The notes under the pieces: generated by a model
Told to the model about the DNA's origin: nothing
What the model saw: only the letters and a program-made list of their open reading frames with translations
Database searches by the model: none
Assembly (NCBI GenBank): GCA_951406725.2
Contig: OX597817.1
Span: forward strand, 156,364,001-156,428,000
From: Octopus vulgaris
Lineage: Eukaryota
Length of the DNA stretch: 64,000 nucleotides
Reading direction: 5' to 3'
Made by a program: the position numbers and the translations under genes
Shown: piece by piece, positions 63,087 to 64,000 of the stretch
Layout: the number at the start of each line of letters is the position of its first letter
How positions within the stretch are numbered: position 1 is the first letter of the stretch

Positions 63087-63470
63087 CAGGTGAGTTTATT
63101 GAAAGGTGGGTGAAAATTTCAAAAATGGCAAGAGTGGATGGTACCTCTCTAAGTGTAGACCCGTGAGCCGGGGAGAAGGAATTGGAGAGGGCACTTGCTC
63201 CTGGGGTTTCGGGAAAATCTTGGACAGTGTGGTTCCTCTATTATCCCTAGTGGCATTCTTGTATCAGGAGGGCCACATCTCTATCATCTCCCCCCCCCCC
63301 AGTTTTTTTTTTTTACCCTTGTATGCTATGCATAGGTCCCTTTTTCAGTGTATACCATGTATACTTTTTTCTTTTATCATTTCATTATTATATGTTAAAC
63401 CCCCACACTTTGTCTGTCTCTGTATTGTCCCCCACATCCTTCGCCCTTGTGGCAAATAAATGAAATCATT
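63087..63470 (+). mobile_element. L1/Tx1-like LINE 3' end (ORF2 C-terminus and 3'UTR)
   Basis: GEFIERWVKISKMARVDGTSLSVDP* (F..RW is the typical L1/Tx1 ORF2 terminus), then a 3'UTR ending GCCCTTGTGGCAAATAAATGAAATC. Confidence 0.65.
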
Positions 63471-64000
63471 ATTATTATGCAACCAGCAGGCAGAATTGTT
63501 ACTATGCTGGACAAAGTGCTGCTAAGCATTTTTGTTTTCCGTCCTTATATTCTGAGTTCAAATTCCCTTGAGGTCAACTTTGTCTTTCAGCATTTCAGTG
63601 TTGATAAAATAAGTACCAGTCAAGTACTGGAGCTAATGGAAATTGACTTGCCCCCCCCCCCCCACTTTCCCCAAAATTTCAGGCCTTGTGCCTGTAGTAG
63701 AAAGGAACGTTGGGAGAAAATGCCTTGCAGTATGTTTCCTATTTAATTTGAGAGATCAAATCCTGTAGGGGTTTATTTGCCCTGGGATCAATAAAACAAA
63801 ATGCCAGTCAAGTACCAGAGTCAGTTGAATCAACAAAGTCCTCTTGTGCTCACATTAGAGATTATTATTATTATTATTATTATTATCGTCATTGTAATGC
63901 TCTAGAGGCTAGCTCTTATGTAGCAGCTTTTGTTTGGCCCAGATTTGTGATCAGAGATATTCCAGCTGTGACCATTGATTCATTTCTTCAGTTATTTAAC

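Noticed and set aside
103-63746. The roughly 170 ORFs in the supplied track as genes
   Set aside because: They are translations of SINEs (recurring HSQG..EDTCP, LDALPNANH and MVVIPAVLFHH peptides), microsatellites or chance frames. Only the transposase and LINE fragments have recognisable motifs.

Overview
AT-rich, microsatellite-laden animal genomic DNA. The SINE repertoire strongly resembles octopus (coleoid cephalopod) genomes; this is recognition from memory, not a database hit. There is no complete protein-coding gene, and nearly all supplied ORFs are artefacts of SINEs and simple repeats. The window is best read as the 5' end (promoters, first exons, very long introns) of an unidentified + strand gene, with candidate ATG-bearing exons ending in phase-0 donors at 2726-2812, 23250-23276 and 35644-35646. 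The mobile-element load is dense: several tRNA-derived SINE families built from shuffled head, core and tail modules, TTAA-flanked piggyBac-like MITEs, a hAT-like MITE, a deleted DD37D/maT-type Tc1/mariner, two short Helitrons, RTE, R4/Dong-like and L1/Tx1 LINE fragments, and Penelope-like remnants. The most striking signal is a set of type I hammerhead ribozyme motifs. These include an inverted pair with a compensatory G3-C8 core swap inside a 159-bp palindrome (44088-44246), a canonical motif at 44651-44709, and several degenerate copies. All structures were folded and aligned by eye.
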